Source: Candidatus Altimarinota bacterium
GTDB taxonomy: Bacteria; Patescibacteriota; Gracilibacteria; CAIRYL01
DNA length: 64,000 nucleotides
NCBI GenBank assembly: GCA_965250085.1
Contig: OZ252287.1
Location: 448,001 to 512,000, forward strand
Reading direction: 5' to 3'
Below are positions 52,741-62,315 of the stretch, piece after piece. The notes under the pieces were generated by a model. That model was not told the DNA's origin. It did no database searches and worked only from the letters and a program-made list of their open reading frames with translations. The translations under genes were made by a program, and so were the position numbers. Position 1 is the stretch's first letter. Each line of letters opens with the position of its first letter.

Positions 52741-54132
52741 ATGAAAAAAAAATATCTTTCATTTTTGGGATTTTTCATTTTGCTGAGTTCCACAGTATTT
52801 GCTGACTTTAGTGATGTGAGTGATGACAATATATATAAAGATGCTATCGACTATGTACAAGAACAAGGGATTGTAGACGGTTATGTAGATGGGACGTATA
52901 AGCCAGAAAACACAATAAATCGTGCAGAATTTACAAAAATAGTCATTGAATCTCAATTCGCGGATGAGGTGATAGAATTGTGTATAGAAACAGAGACTGA
53001 GAAGGAGTGGTCATATGTATTTTTTCCAGATGTCCCCAAGAATGAGTGGTTCGGAAAATATATTTGTATTGCAAAAGCCCAAGGGATAATTGATGGATAC
53101 CCAGATGAAACATACAGACCGGAGCAAAATATTTCATTCGTAGAAGCCGCAAAAATCATTGTGAATATTTTTGAATTTGAAACGAGTGACGATGAAATTT
53201 GGTATAAGCCATTTGTAGAAAAATTGGGAGATACAAACGCCATTCCTCTTGCAATTGATAATTTTGAACACCTTGTTTCCAGAGGAGAAATGGCAGAAAT
53301 GATATACCGCCTCAAGGAAAATATTATAGACAAAACTTCTCACACCTATGCTTCTCTCTCTCAAGAGAAAAACATTATTTTTTGTGGAGGAATTAACGAA
53401 ATCAAGTGCCCCGAAGGATTTGTATGTGAATATGAAGATGAGACAACAGGCTCTTCAGGTATATGCAGAGAAGACACCCAGCTTGATCCTTCCTGCAATT
53501 TACTTCCTGATGCAGGCCCGTGTAAGGCAGCTATTTCTAAGTACTATTTTGATATAAGTAGAGACTCATGCACAGAATTCACTTGGGGGGGGTGTGAAGG
53601 AATTATTCCTTTTGAAACATTCGAAACATGTGAACAAATATGTGTAGAGTCACCAGAGCCAGAGCCGCTTGATCCGGCAAAATGTGACTTAATTCCAGAT
53701 GCAGGAGAATGCGATGACACTATTACCAAGTACTATTTTGATGGAGAATCTTCTTGTGGAAGTTTTACCTGGAGTGGATGTAATGGCACTGTCCCTTTTG
53801 AAAGTCAGGAAGAATGTGAAAACACCTGCTTACTTCCAGAAGAGTCTGTTGTCAAAGAGTTTAATATGGTAGCAAAGAAATGGGTGTTTGAACCCAATCA
53901 AATCATTGTGCAAAAAGGTGATCAGGTGCGCCTTACAATTATCAGTGTCGATGTGTCTCATGGTTTTGCGCTTCCGGATTTCGATATCAATGTAGAATTG
54001 AAGCCGGGAGAAAATGTTGTGGTCGAATTTATTGCGGATCAGGCAGGTGACTTTACCTTCTTCTGCTCTGTGTTTTGTGGATCTGGGCACAGCCATATGT
54101 CCGGTACGCTTACGGTAGAAGAGAAGCTGTAA
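52741..54132 (+). CDS. SLH protein with Cys module, two Kunitz/BPTI domains and a C-terminal CuA-type cupredoxin domain
   Basis: Signal peptide, SLH (INRAEFTK, VSRGEMAE), C.LLPDAGPCKA..YYFD..C..FTWGGC..F.T...C...C twice, SHGF..CSVFCGSGHSHM. Confidence 0.88.
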   Translation: MKKKYLSFLGFFILLSSTVFADFSDVSDDNIYKDAIDYVQEQGIVDGYVDGTYKPENTINRAEFTKIVIESQFADEVIELCIETETEKEWSYVFFPDVPKNEWFGKYICIAKAQGIIDGYPDETYRPEQNISFVEAAKIIVNIFEFETSDDEIWYKPFVEKLGDTNAIPLAIDNFEHLVSRGEMAEMIYRLKENIIDKTSHTYASLSQEKNIIFCGGINEIKCPEGFVCEYEDETTGSSGICREDTQLDPSCNLLPDAGPCKAAISKYYFDISRDSCTEFTWGGCEGIIPFETFETCEQICVESPEPEPLDPAKCDLIPDAGECDDTITKYYFDGESSCGSFTWSGCNGTVPFESQEECENTCLLPEESVVKEFNMVAKKWVFEPNQIIVQKGDQVRLTIISVDVSHGFALPDFDINVELKPGENVVVEFIADQAGDFTFFCSVFCGSGHSHMSGTLTVEEKL

Positions 54133-54226
54133 AACTTCACCTCAAAGAAACAATATTTGCTTCAAAAGACTCAATTTTTTATCCATGTATTATGATTTGT
54201 GGTATGCCCTTTATTGTCTCTGAGAT

Positions 54227-54547
54227 ATGACAGATTTTGTGTTCGTGTATATTCCCACATCAAACCCTGAAGAAGCTGATCACATTGGACATGCTCTTTT
54301 GGAAAAAAGGTTGACGGCTTGTGTTAATACTTTTCCTCATATGCATTCTCAATATCTCTGGAAAGATAGTATTCAAAAAGAAAATGAGTCCGTGCTGATT
54401 GTAAAAACAAAAAGATCTCTATTGGAGAGAGTAAAAAATGAAGTTCAAAAGATACACAGCTATGAGTGCCCTTGCATTATTTGTATTCCTATAGAAAATA
54501 TAAACACTGCGTACAAAGACTTTTTAGAAAAAAATTTGGAAACATAA
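54227..54547 (+). CDS. cutA: Divalent-cation tolerance protein CutA
   Basis: LLEKRLTACVN, SQYLW, E..LIVKT, HSYECP. Confidence 0.93.
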   Translation: MTDFVFVYIPTSNPEEADHIGHALLEKRLTACVNTFPHMHSQYLWKDSIQKENESVLIVKTKRSLLERVKNEVQKIHSYECPCIICIPIENINTAYKDFLEKNLET

Positions 54548-54550
54548 GAT

Positions 54551-55585
54551 ATGACAGAAAAAAAAGATGTCACTGGCACTACTCTCTATTTTTCTGGGCC
54601 AGAAAGCTTTTTGCTCAGAGAGCATGTGCAAAAATATTTTGTTGCTTCTGAAAAGAAATATGGAGAATACAATGTCCTCAAAATGAATCCTGAAGAAAAA
54701 AAATTTGGCGAAATAAAAACAGAGCTCCTTTCCGTCCCATTTTTTAACACGGGAAAAAAAATTGTCTTTCTTGACCCATTTCCTTTGCCCTCTTCTGAAA
54801 AAATGAGTGAAGTGAAGAAAGAAAAATCTGAAAAAATTATTGAGCTCCTTAAAGGCATCCCTGAGGACATTGTGATCATTTGTGTTTCAGAACATCCGGA
54901 TAAGCGAACGAAGGCCTGGAAAGATCTCATAAAAATTGCCCAAAAAGACATTTCTCGGTCTTTTGAACCTTTGAACGAAAGGACTCTTACTCAATGGGTA
55001 TTGCAGCGGGTCTCTGCTAAAGAAGGAAAAATTCTTCCTGCAGCTGCAGAATACCTCTGGCAATATGCTGGAAAAAATTTGTGGGTGCTTGATCAGGAAG
55101 TGCAAAAACTCATCAATTTTTCAGAAGGGAAGCCAATTTCTGAGCGAGATATTGAGATTGTGTGTGATGTAAATTCTGAAACTATCGAATGGGCCCTTTC
55201 AAATGCTTTTTCCACTGGTCAGAGAAAGGAGGTGCTCAAAATATTTCATCGAATGATTGATGCAGGGCAGAGCGCTTATACTCTCCTTTTTCGTGATTTT
55301 GGTTCTCTCCTCAGGCAGTTGCTCCTGGTGAGGCAGGCTCTCGATACTCGCTCTTCTGCGAAAGACATAGGGATGAGTCCTTTTCTCTTTGGAAAAATGA
55401 AAAAAGTTGCGGAGCAGTTTTCACTCTCTCATCTCAAAAATATGCAAGATGGGCTCCTAAAAATAGATGAAGGGAGCAAGACCGGCTTGATCCCCACTTC
55501 CACTGGAAAAGAAGAGCTTCTCATATTTGCCTTAGAAAAATGGATTTATAAATTCTTCAGAAAAAATTTGACAAAAACATTTTAG
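54551..55585 (+). CDS. holA: DNA polymerase III subunit delta
   Basis: YFSGPESFL, SVPFF, DKRTK, QEVQKL, IDEGSKTG. Confidence 0.85.
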   Translation: MTEKKDVTGTTLYFSGPESFLLREHVQKYFVASEKKYGEYNVLKMNPEEKKFGEIKTELLSVPFFNTGKKIVFLDPFPLPSSEKMSEVKKEKSEKIIELLKGIPEDIVIICVSEHPDKRTKAWKDLIKIAQKDISRSFEPLNERTLTQWVLQRVSAKEGKILPAAAEYLWQYAGKNLWVLDQEVQKLINFSEGKPISERDIEIVCDVNSETIEWALSNAFSTGQRKEVLKIFHRMIDAGQSAYTLLFRDFGSLLRQLLLVRQALDTRSSAKDIGMSPFLFGKMKKVAEQFSLSHLKNMQDGLLKIDEGSKTGLIPTSTGKEELLIFALEKWIYKFFRKNLTKTF

Positions 55586-55595
55586 AGACTACAAT
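55568..55595 (+). promoter_or_regulatory. Sigma70 promoter for the arg leader
   Basis: TTGACA-N16-TACAAT overlapping the holA 3' end. Confidence 0.75.
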
Positions 55596-55612
55596 TCAGA
55601 GTGTATTAAGAA

Positions 55613-55669
55613 ATGAGCAATGAATTACTTGAAAAACAACACGGGATGCGATCGGCGAGAAGCTTCTAA
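55613..55669 (+). CDS. Putative leader peptide 1 (MSNELLEKQHGMRSARSF)
   Basis: 18-aa uORF with Arg codons CGA and AGA near its end, overlapping hairpin segment 1. Confidence 0.55.
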   Translation: MSNELLEKQHGMRSARSF

Positions 55670-55719
55670 ATGGAAGCTCCGTTGATGCTGCACTAAAATT
55701 TTACTTCTGCACTTCGTAT

Positions 55720-55746
55720 AGCTTCTGATCTTTCGGAAGTTTTTTT
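55720..55746 (+). terminator. Attenuator terminator 1
   Basis: agcttctga-tctt-tcggaagtt followed by T-tract. Confidence 0.75.
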
Positions 55747-55771
55747 ATTTTTATAAAAATTTTAATTTCAT

Positions 55772-55837
55772 ATGTCTCTCAATCTTGCATCACGACCGCA
55801 GTTTCGACAATTCTGGTATTTTCAGAAGTTCCGGTGA
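55772..55837 (+). CDS. Putative leader peptide 2 (MSLNLASRPQFRQFWYFQKFR)
   Basis: 21-aa uORF with Arg codons CGA, CGA, CGG. Confidence 0.6.
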   Translation: MSLNLASRPQFRQFWYFQKFR

Positions 55838-55865
55838 CGCATCTATAAATTTTTTACATGCATTC

Positions 55866-55899
55866 AAAGACTTCTGAATAAATTCCAGGAGTCTTTTTT
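55866..55899 (+). terminator. Attenuator terminator 2
   Basis: aaagacttctg..caggagtcttt followed by T-tracts, about 20 nt before argG. Confidence 0.8.
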
Positions 55900-55918
55900 A
55901 TTTTTTTATTTTTTTGTC

Positions 55919-57181
55919 ATGAAATCACAAACAACATATCTCAAAATAGCTGATTATGAAGCTAAAAAAGGAGAAGTCAAAACTGTTGCGCTTCTCTACT
56001 CGGGAGGTCTTGATACCTCCATTATCGTCAAGTGGCTGCAAGACGAGTATAAGGTTGATGTATACTGCGTCACATTTGATATTGGTCAAACCGCTGATGA
56101 CCTAGAAGCAATTAAACAAAAAGCCATGAGGCTTGGAGCAAAAGATTGCATCATTGTTGATCATAAAGAAGATTTTGCTAATGGAGTTCTTACGCAAGCC
56201 ATCAAAGCAAATGCTAAGTATCAAAGTGACTATTACCTCTCTTGCCCGCTTGGTCGTGCTAGCATTTCAAAGAAAATGGCTGAAATTTCTAAAAATCTGA
56301 AAGTTGATGCCATTGCACATGGTTGTACCGGCAAGGGAAATGACCAAGCACGCTTTGAGAGTTATCTTCTTGCTTTTCTTCCAAACGTGAAGATTATTGC
56401 CCCTGTCCGCGAATGGTCCATGGGACGTGACGAGCAACTCCAATATGCAAAACAACATGGTATTGATATCGTGCAAAGTGAGACAAAAATTTACTCATAT
56501 GATGAAAATATGTGGGGGAACTGTATAGAAGGCGGTGAAACTGAAGAACTCAATCAAATCCCTCCACTTGATAATATGCTGAGAATTTGTAACACGATTG
56601 AGAACACACCCTGCACTGCGGAATTTGTAAAAATACAATTCAAAAAAGGTGTTCCCATTGCTCTTGATGGAAAAAAAATGGAGCTTTCAGAAATCATCAT
56701 GCAACTTCTCGGCATTGGTGGAAAACATGGCGTGGGGGTACATCATTGTATAGAGGATCGTCTTGTGGGACTCAAGGTACGTGAAGTATATGAGCAGCCT
56801 GCTGCCGAAATACTCGTGAAAGCTCATAAAAGCCTCGAGCAATTGGTCTGTACCCGTGAAGAAAATGAATTCAAAGAAAGTATTGATCAAAAATGGGCAT
56901 ATATGACATACCTCGCACTCTATTATCACCCACTCATGGGCCATTTGAATGCTTATATTGAGAGTGTGAATGAAAAAGTAACTGGTGATGTAACCGTCAA
57001 AATTTTGAAAGGCACATGTGAAGTGGTCTCTCTAGATTCACCACATTCGCTGTTTGATAAAAATCTTTCTACCTTTCTCAAAAACGACGCCTTTAATCAG
57101 AATTGTTCTGCCGGATTTATTTCTATTTACAGCGGGCAAATGAGACTTGCACATCAGGTACAACAAAAAAATAATACATAA
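55919..57181 (+). CDS. argG: Argininosuccinate synthase
   Basis: LYSGGLDTS, AHGCTGKGNDQARFE, YSYDENMWG, EDRLVGLKVREVYE. Confidence 0.97.
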   Translation: MKSQTTYLKIADYEAKKGEVKTVALLYSGGLDTSIIVKWLQDEYKVDVYCVTFDIGQTADDLEAIKQKAMRLGAKDCIIVDHKEDFANGVLTQAIKANAKYQSDYYLSCPLGRASISKKMAEISKNLKVDAIAHGCTGKGNDQARFESYLLAFLPNVKIIAPVREWSMGRDEQLQYAKQHGIDIVQSETKIYSYDENMWGNCIEGGETEELNQIPPLDNMLRICNTIENTPCTAEFVKIQFKKGVPIALDGKKMELSEIIMQLLGIGGKHGVGVHHCIEDRLVGLKVREVYEQPAAEILVKAHKSLEQLVCTREENEFKESIDQKWAYMTYLALYYHPLMGHLNAYIESVNEKVTGDVTVKILKGTCEVVSLDSPHSLFDKNLSTFLKNDAFNQNCSAGFISIYSGQMRLAHQVQQKNNT

Positions 57182-57202
57182 TCTTTCTTTTTCTTTCTTT
57201 CT

Positions 57203-58495
57203 ATGACAAAACTCTGGAAAAAACCATCTTCTGGAAAAATACATCCTTTTTTTCAGAAATACACCACCGGCACTGATAATATTTTTGATATCAAACTCTT
57301 TCCGTTCGATATTCAAGCAAGCATTGTGCATATCAAAATGCTCCAAAAAATTGGAATTCTCACAAAACCAGAGCTGAGCAAATTGTTGCAAGGATTTGAA
57401 AAATTAAAGAAGAAATACACTGATGGAAAAATAAAAATACGTTTTGAGGACGAAGATTGTCATACTGTGATCGAAAATGAAATGATCGCATTGTGCGGGG
57501 ATACTGCAAAAAAAATTCACACGGGAAGGAGTCGAAATGATCAAGTTTTGGTTGCAATACGCTTGTATACACTCTCAGAATTGCAAAAAATTCAAAAACA
57601 GTTGAAGCAGGTTCTTACCCATTTTCTGGATTTTGCCGAGCAGTATCAAAAAATTCCTTTCCCTGGATATTCACATACCCGCCAGGCGATGCTTTCGAGC
57701 ATAGATCATTACATTTTAGGGTATATCGATCTGCTTCTGAGTGATTTTGAATATCTCAATTTTGCAATATCTCAGACAAGTAAGAATCCCTTAGGAACTG
57801 GAGCAGGATACGGAAGTTCTTTTGCGCTGGATCGAGAGATGACGACAGAAGAACTGGATTTCAGCAAGACTCAAATAAACTCATTAGCCCCTCAGCTCAG
57901 TCGCGGGAAGTGTGAGCTATGTACTCTGGATGCCCTTGTTCAGCTCATAGTTACACTTGGAAAATTTTCACAAGATATCATTTTCTTCACTTCCGAAGAA
58001 ACCAGCTATTTCACTCTCAGTGATATCATCACAACTGGCTCTAGTATGATGCCGCAAAAAAGAAATCCTGATGGATTTGAAATCCTGCGTGGATATGTGA
58101 ATGTCATTATGGGCAATCAGCATACTATTCAGGGAATTTGCAAAAATTCTTTCACTGGATACAATCGTGATTTTCAATTGATAAAAAAACCACTTTTTGA
58201 ATCCTTGGATATAGTGCAGGACAGTCTAAAGTTTCTATTCATGGCATTAAAAAATATCGTTCCGAATCAGGAAAAAATTGAGGAAAAAATTGATAGAGGT
58301 ATTTTTTCAGTTGATATTGCTAACACTTTAGTTCAAAAAAAAGGTATTCCTTTTCGAGATGCATATCATCTCGCCATGAAGCAACTTGGGGAACACAAAG
58401 CAGACCTTCAGGAAAATATTGCTTCAAAGATAAGTCTGGGAGCACCTGGAAACACACAGCTTAAATGGTATAAAAATAAAATAAAAAATCTTTAG
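57203..58495 (+). CDS. argH: Argininosuccinate lyase
   Basis: DEDCH, HTGRSRNDQ, PGYSH, TGSSMMPQKRNPD, GYNRD, GIPFRDAY. Confidence 0.97.
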   Translation: MTKLWKKPSSGKIHPFFQKYTTGTDNIFDIKLFPFDIQASIVHIKMLQKIGILTKPELSKLLQGFEKLKKKYTDGKIKIRFEDEDCHTVIENEMIALCGDTAKKIHTGRSRNDQVLVAIRLYTLSELQKIQKQLKQVLTHFLDFAEQYQKIPFPGYSHTRQAMLSSIDHYILGYIDLLLSDFEYLNFAISQTSKNPLGTGAGYGSSFALDREMTTEELDFSKTQINSLAPQLSRGKCELCTLDALVQLIVTLGKFSQDIIFFTSEETSYFTLSDIITTGSSMMPQKRNPDGFEILRGYVNVIMGNQHTIQGICKNSFTGYNRDFQLIKKPLFESLDIVQDSLKFLFMALKNIVPNQEKIEEKIDRGIFSVDIANTLVQKKGIPFRDAYHLAMKQLGEHKADLQENIASKISLGAPGNTQLKWYKNKIKNL

Positions 58496-58555
58496 ATAAA
58501 AATAGTAGCGAGGCATCGAAATCTGTCTCTATCAAAAAACGAAAACAAAAAGTAT

Positions 58556-59929
58556 TTATATTTCTGTAAACAAGGCTTCCATTGTTTTGAGTCCAAAATC
58601 CCCTGCCCAGTCAGCAGAAGCATCAACTATCAATTGGTGTTTTTGCTGAAGTGCTATGACCGCTTCTCGGGTCAGTTCCCCATAAAATCCAGTGCTGAGT
58701 CCTTCTCTGAGATACCCTTTCGCGATGAGTTCCTGTTGCATCATTGCTATCTCATTCCCTTCGTCTCCGATGGTAAATTTTTCTGCCTCTACGAGTATTT
58801 CTTCAAATACTTTCTTTTTCAGAATATTTCCAAAAACAAGTTTTGGGCTGTCTTTTTTTGTTTGCCCTTCAGACGGTGCTGCATGTACCGTTTCAATTTT
58901 TTGAGAGAGTTTTTCCTGGAGCGCTGCATTTGTTTTGGGGCCAAACACTCCCGCTCCATAATCAGTAATTTCTACAACAATATCTCCTGATTTTTGGAAC
59001 TCAAAAACAGCTTCCTGAGTAATATTCCCAAAGTTTCCAGTTATTGCTTCATCAAAAAATCCAAGTTTTTTGAGATGTGTCTGCAGAGATTTGACCTCAT
59101 CTCCTGTGTCTCCCAGAGAAAGAGAAGCAAATGATGGGCTCTGTTTTTTCGGAGAAATAAATTCTGTTTGTAGTGCTTTTTCAAGTGCACTGCGTGTTTG
59201 GGGACCAAATATTCCTGCACCCCATTCTTTTTCGGAGGCAACAATGCCCATGCGTCTTTGAAATTGAAAAACTGCTTTTTTGGTAAACTGTCCAAACTCT
59301 CCTGTTTCTGTTGTATCAAAAAACCCAAGTTTCTTCAGATTTTTCTGAAGCTCGCGAACATCATCTCCTTTGCTTCCTAAGAACATGGTTCTTTGCGTAT
59401 TAGGAGCAAGCTTTTGAATATTTGTTGGATTGGCCCAAACGTCATCTATAGAGAGTTCTTCTGACACTTGAGTATCATAATATATGGTTCCTTCCACTGT
59501 ACGCATTCCCCATTGCAATGCTCGTGCGAGTCCTTCTTCTCCTCTTCCCATCCAGACATCAATGCGATGATAATTGGCTCCCTCTATAATAGCTCCGCCC
59601 CTGTCATGCACGGTTCCAATACCAAGTCCAGGGACCTCTATCTTGGTTCCAAACGGATAACTCTTTGGAGCCGCCAGCATCCCTACATATACAGCAGTCC
59701 CGTCTGCTCCATTGGTTCCTCGTCCATTCAGACGAATCTCTGCTTCATAATTCCCACGCAAATATCGGGATTGCCCGGGTAATGGAGAGTAATACGCGGA
59801 AACAAGAAATGTTTGCTTTCTCCCAGCCGCATGTGCTGTGTGAGAAGCAGTCGGAAACAATACGCCAAAACTCAACACTGTGACGCAGAGGAAGGCAAAA
59901 AGTTTTTGAATTTTTATAAATTGAAACAT
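58556..59929 (-). CDS. 3D-domain putative lytic transglycosylase with three peptidoglycan-binding domains
   Basis: SAYY, YPFGTKIEVPG..VHDRGGAI..IDVWM; three LQ..L..LG..G.FG..T..AV..FQ repeats. Confidence 0.88.
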   Translation of the reverse strand: MFQFIKIQKLFAFLCVTVLSFGVLFPTASHTAHAAGRKQTFLVSAYYSPLPGQSRYLRGNYEAEIRLNGRGTNGADGTAVYVGMLAAPKSYPFGTKIEVPGLGIGTVHDRGGAIIEGANYHRIDVWMGRGEEGLARALQWGMRTVEGTIYYDTQVSEELSIDDVWANPTNIQKLAPNTQRTMFLGSKGDDVRELQKNLKKLGFFDTTETGEFGQFTKKAVFQFQRRMGIVASEKEWGAGIFGPQTRSALEKALQTEFISPKKQSPSFASLSLGDTGDEVKSLQTHLKKLGFFDEAITGNFGNITQEAVFEFQKSGDIVVEITDYGAGVFGPKTNAALQEKLSQKIETVHAAPSEGQTKKDSPKLVFGNILKKKVFEEILVEAEKFTIGDEGNEIAMMQQELIAKGYLREGLSTGFYGELTREAVIALQQKHQLIVDASADWAGDFGLKTMEALFTEI

Positions 59930-59946
59930 TTGTATTTGAATATTTG

Positions 59947-60003
59947 TTTGAAAATTGAAAATTAGAATTTATTTAAAAATTAGAAATTGAGAATTAAAAA
60001 TTT
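59947..60003. repeat. Solo arm of heptamer family A
   Basis: tttgaaaattgaaaattagaatttatttaaaaattagaaattgagaattaaaaatt. Confidence 0.7.
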
Positions 60004-60012
60004 ATTGCTCTC

Positions 60013-62298
60013 TTATGTGATTTGATCTTCAGGATTCTGAGGGTCACTAATACCTTGTACTGACTGCAATTGGCTCAGGAGTTCATTTTGTCTCGCTACT
60101 TCCATAAATTGAGCTTCTTCGGTTTCTCCAAGACCACGAATAATCCTTTGAGCAACTTCTTCTCTTGAATTCGCATCATAATCCACAAGGATATCTGCAA
60201 GCTTGTTGACTCCTTCTGGAGTCGTCACATTCACATTTTCTCTAAATGTAGTGTCACCGAGTTTTGCCAGTTGCCCGGAAGCATCCAAAGACATATCAAT
60301 ATTTGTGGGACCACTCTGAAGCGCTCCAGCAGCAGCTCCACCAGACAGCAAATTTCTTGCATTCCCAGTCAAAAGACCAGCTTGTCGACTGTTAATTTCA
60401 GTCGCCATAAGTTTGAGCTGATCTTGAGTCGGTCTTCCGGTAATTCCTACTTTTTTAAATATTTCTGGATGCTTTCCTTCCAAAGCAGTGATCGCTTGGT
60501 CAATATTTCCACTCTTCATGGCTGTATTTATTTTGCTGGCATGATCTTTTGCCAGATTCAGATCTGCATCATATACTCGATTGATCCTCTGTGTGGCATC
60601 TGGTCGTTTTGTTCCTAAATCATCCAATTGCTGTTCTACGCCAGAGGAAAGATTCCCACGGGCTCTATCAAACATCCTTGGCAGAGCTGCTAAGGACAAA
60701 TGTGTGCGTCCTTCTTGGTCATTAGCGTCTTGGGTTGCTACTGGTATAAACTGACCATAGAGTGGGAGCTTCGCTACAAATCCTCCTACGGATTTGACCT
60801 TATCTGTTATTGTTCCCACAAAGTCTCCCAGATGCTTGGCGGTATCTTTGGCAATAGAGACGCTTGACCAAAGCACTGCAACCGCCAGGATATACCACAG
60901 GAGTTCATGTATCGTATTCACTCCGTTGATAATTTCTGTTTCAAAAAATACGCCTTCCGGTCCCACCTTTCCGGACACTGACTTCCCTGCTCTTATCAAA
61001 ATAAATCCAATAGTGAGGGGAAGTCCCATCAAGGCTGGCAAAAAAGCATATTTGAGGAATGGTTTGAACCCAATACCTTGCTCTTCACCAAACGATTGAT
61101 CCAGTCCAAAGTCTTTGATCACAAAGAGGAGTGCTGCCAATGGAGAAAAAATAATATTGATCCAGATGATCACAATACGCTCCAGTAAAACAATAAGCAT
61201 CACCACAAAAGCAATAATAATCACAACCATCATTATGAGCGCTACTGCCGAGCTGATAATTAAGTCTTCGATATCCACATCCGAAAGATCACTTTGTATG
61301 GATCGGGGCAGATTTTGAATCTCCATAACCTGATAGGCAAAAAGAGAAGCAAATGAATTACTCTGAAATTTTTCCCATTTAAAATCCCCCCACACCACCA
61401 CAAACTTTCCCGTATCTTGCACATACCGTATTTGTTCGTTGTTTTCCTTTATTTTAATAAATTCTAGAAACTTCTCCAGATTCTTTTCTTCGAGTCCAAG
61501 AAGTTCTGCATACTGATCTTTTCCCATACTTTCGAGTGTTTCTTTGGAAAGAATTTTTGCCTTGTCATTATCTTTTTCTGACTGCCCTGTTAACTCTGTT
61601 TCTGAAAGAGCACAAACTTCCGTTTCTGGCTCTGTTTCTACTTCGCTGACAATTGTTTTTGGCAGAGCAAAGACCACATGCGTCACGACATTGGCTGCGT
61701 CCAAAATCACTGTTGCCGCAAACCACGTAAAATTAACCGCTACAACTGCAAAAATAAATTTAGGAAGCATCTTTTTGATCTGGAAATTTTCATTATCCGG
61801 CGTTGCCGCTCCAAACACACTCATAAAACCAATCGCCAGAAGTACAATGATAAACATGTAATTTACCAAGTCTCGCATGATCAGCCATACTGAATGCAGG
61901 AGTTCGCGAAATTCTTTTATCTCACTCCCCGGATTGGAACTGAGATTCCCAAATATGGCATCATTACTCATGAGTTTCTCTACATACTCTGCCAAAAATG
62001 CGACCACTGGAGTAAAAAGTCCCACCAGCATAGATGCTGTCTTTCCAAAATTTATTTTTTGATCTGCAATGTTCGGAGTGACTGTGTCATCAGAGACACT
62101 TGTTCCATTTTTGACAAAAACAGCCAGAGGATAACATTGTGATGTGTCCTCCTGACTCACGTCTTCTGGAGGAGTGAGATCAAGATTGGATATTCCCACA
62201 ATTCCTTGAGCACTGGCAATATTTCCAAATACAAAGATACTCAGGAGAGCACAGACTATTGTTTTTTTAAAGCCGAAGAGTGAGAAAATACGTTTCAC
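60013..62298 (-). CDS. Polytopic membrane protein, possibly TrbL/VirB6-like
   Basis: W.IMRDLVN..IKKMLPK..AVNFTWF..LD.AN and ERIVIIW..IIFSPLA patterns typical of CPR VirB6-like proteins. Confidence 0.65.
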   Translation of the reverse strand: MKRIFSLFGFKKTIVCALLSIFVFGNIASAQGIVGISNLDLTPPEDVSQEDTSQCYPLAVFVKNGTSVSDDTVTPNIADQKINFGKTASMLVGLFTPVVAFLAEYVEKLMSNDAIFGNLSSNPGSEIKEFRELLHSVWLIMRDLVNYMFIIVLLAIGFMSVFGAATPDNENFQIKKMLPKFIFAVVAVNFTWFAATVILDAANVVTHVVFALPKTIVSEVETEPETEVCALSETELTGQSEKDNDKAKILSKETLESMGKDQYAELLGLEEKNLEKFLEFIKIKENNEQIRYVQDTGKFVVVWGDFKWEKFQSNSFASLFAYQVMEIQNLPRSIQSDLSDVDIEDLIISSAVALIMMVVIIIAFVVMLIVLLERIVIIWINIIFSPLAALLFVIKDFGLDQSFGEEQGIGFKPFLKYAFLPALMGLPLTIGFILIRAGKSVSGKVGPEGVFFETEIINGVNTIHELLWYILAVAVLWSSVSIAKDTAKHLGDFVGTITDKVKSVGGFVAKLPLYGQFIPVATQDANDQEGRTHLSLAALPRMFDRARGNLSSGVEQQLDDLGTKRPDATQRINRVYDADLNLAKDHASKINTAMKSGNIDQAITALEGKHPEIFKKVGITGRPTQDQLKLMATEINSRQAGLLTGNARNLLSGGAAAGALQSGPTNIDMSLDASGQLAKLGDTTFRENVNVTTPEGVNKLADILVDYDANSREEVAQRIIRGLGETEEAQFMEVARQNELLSQLQSVQGISDPQNPEDQIT

Positions 62299-62315
62299 GT
62301 GTGGAATAAGTTTTT

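Noticed and set aside
55586-55918. T-box or known metabolite riboswitch before argG
   Set aside because: No GGTGG-N-ACC T-box motif or recognisable aptamer; the leader-peptide model fits better.
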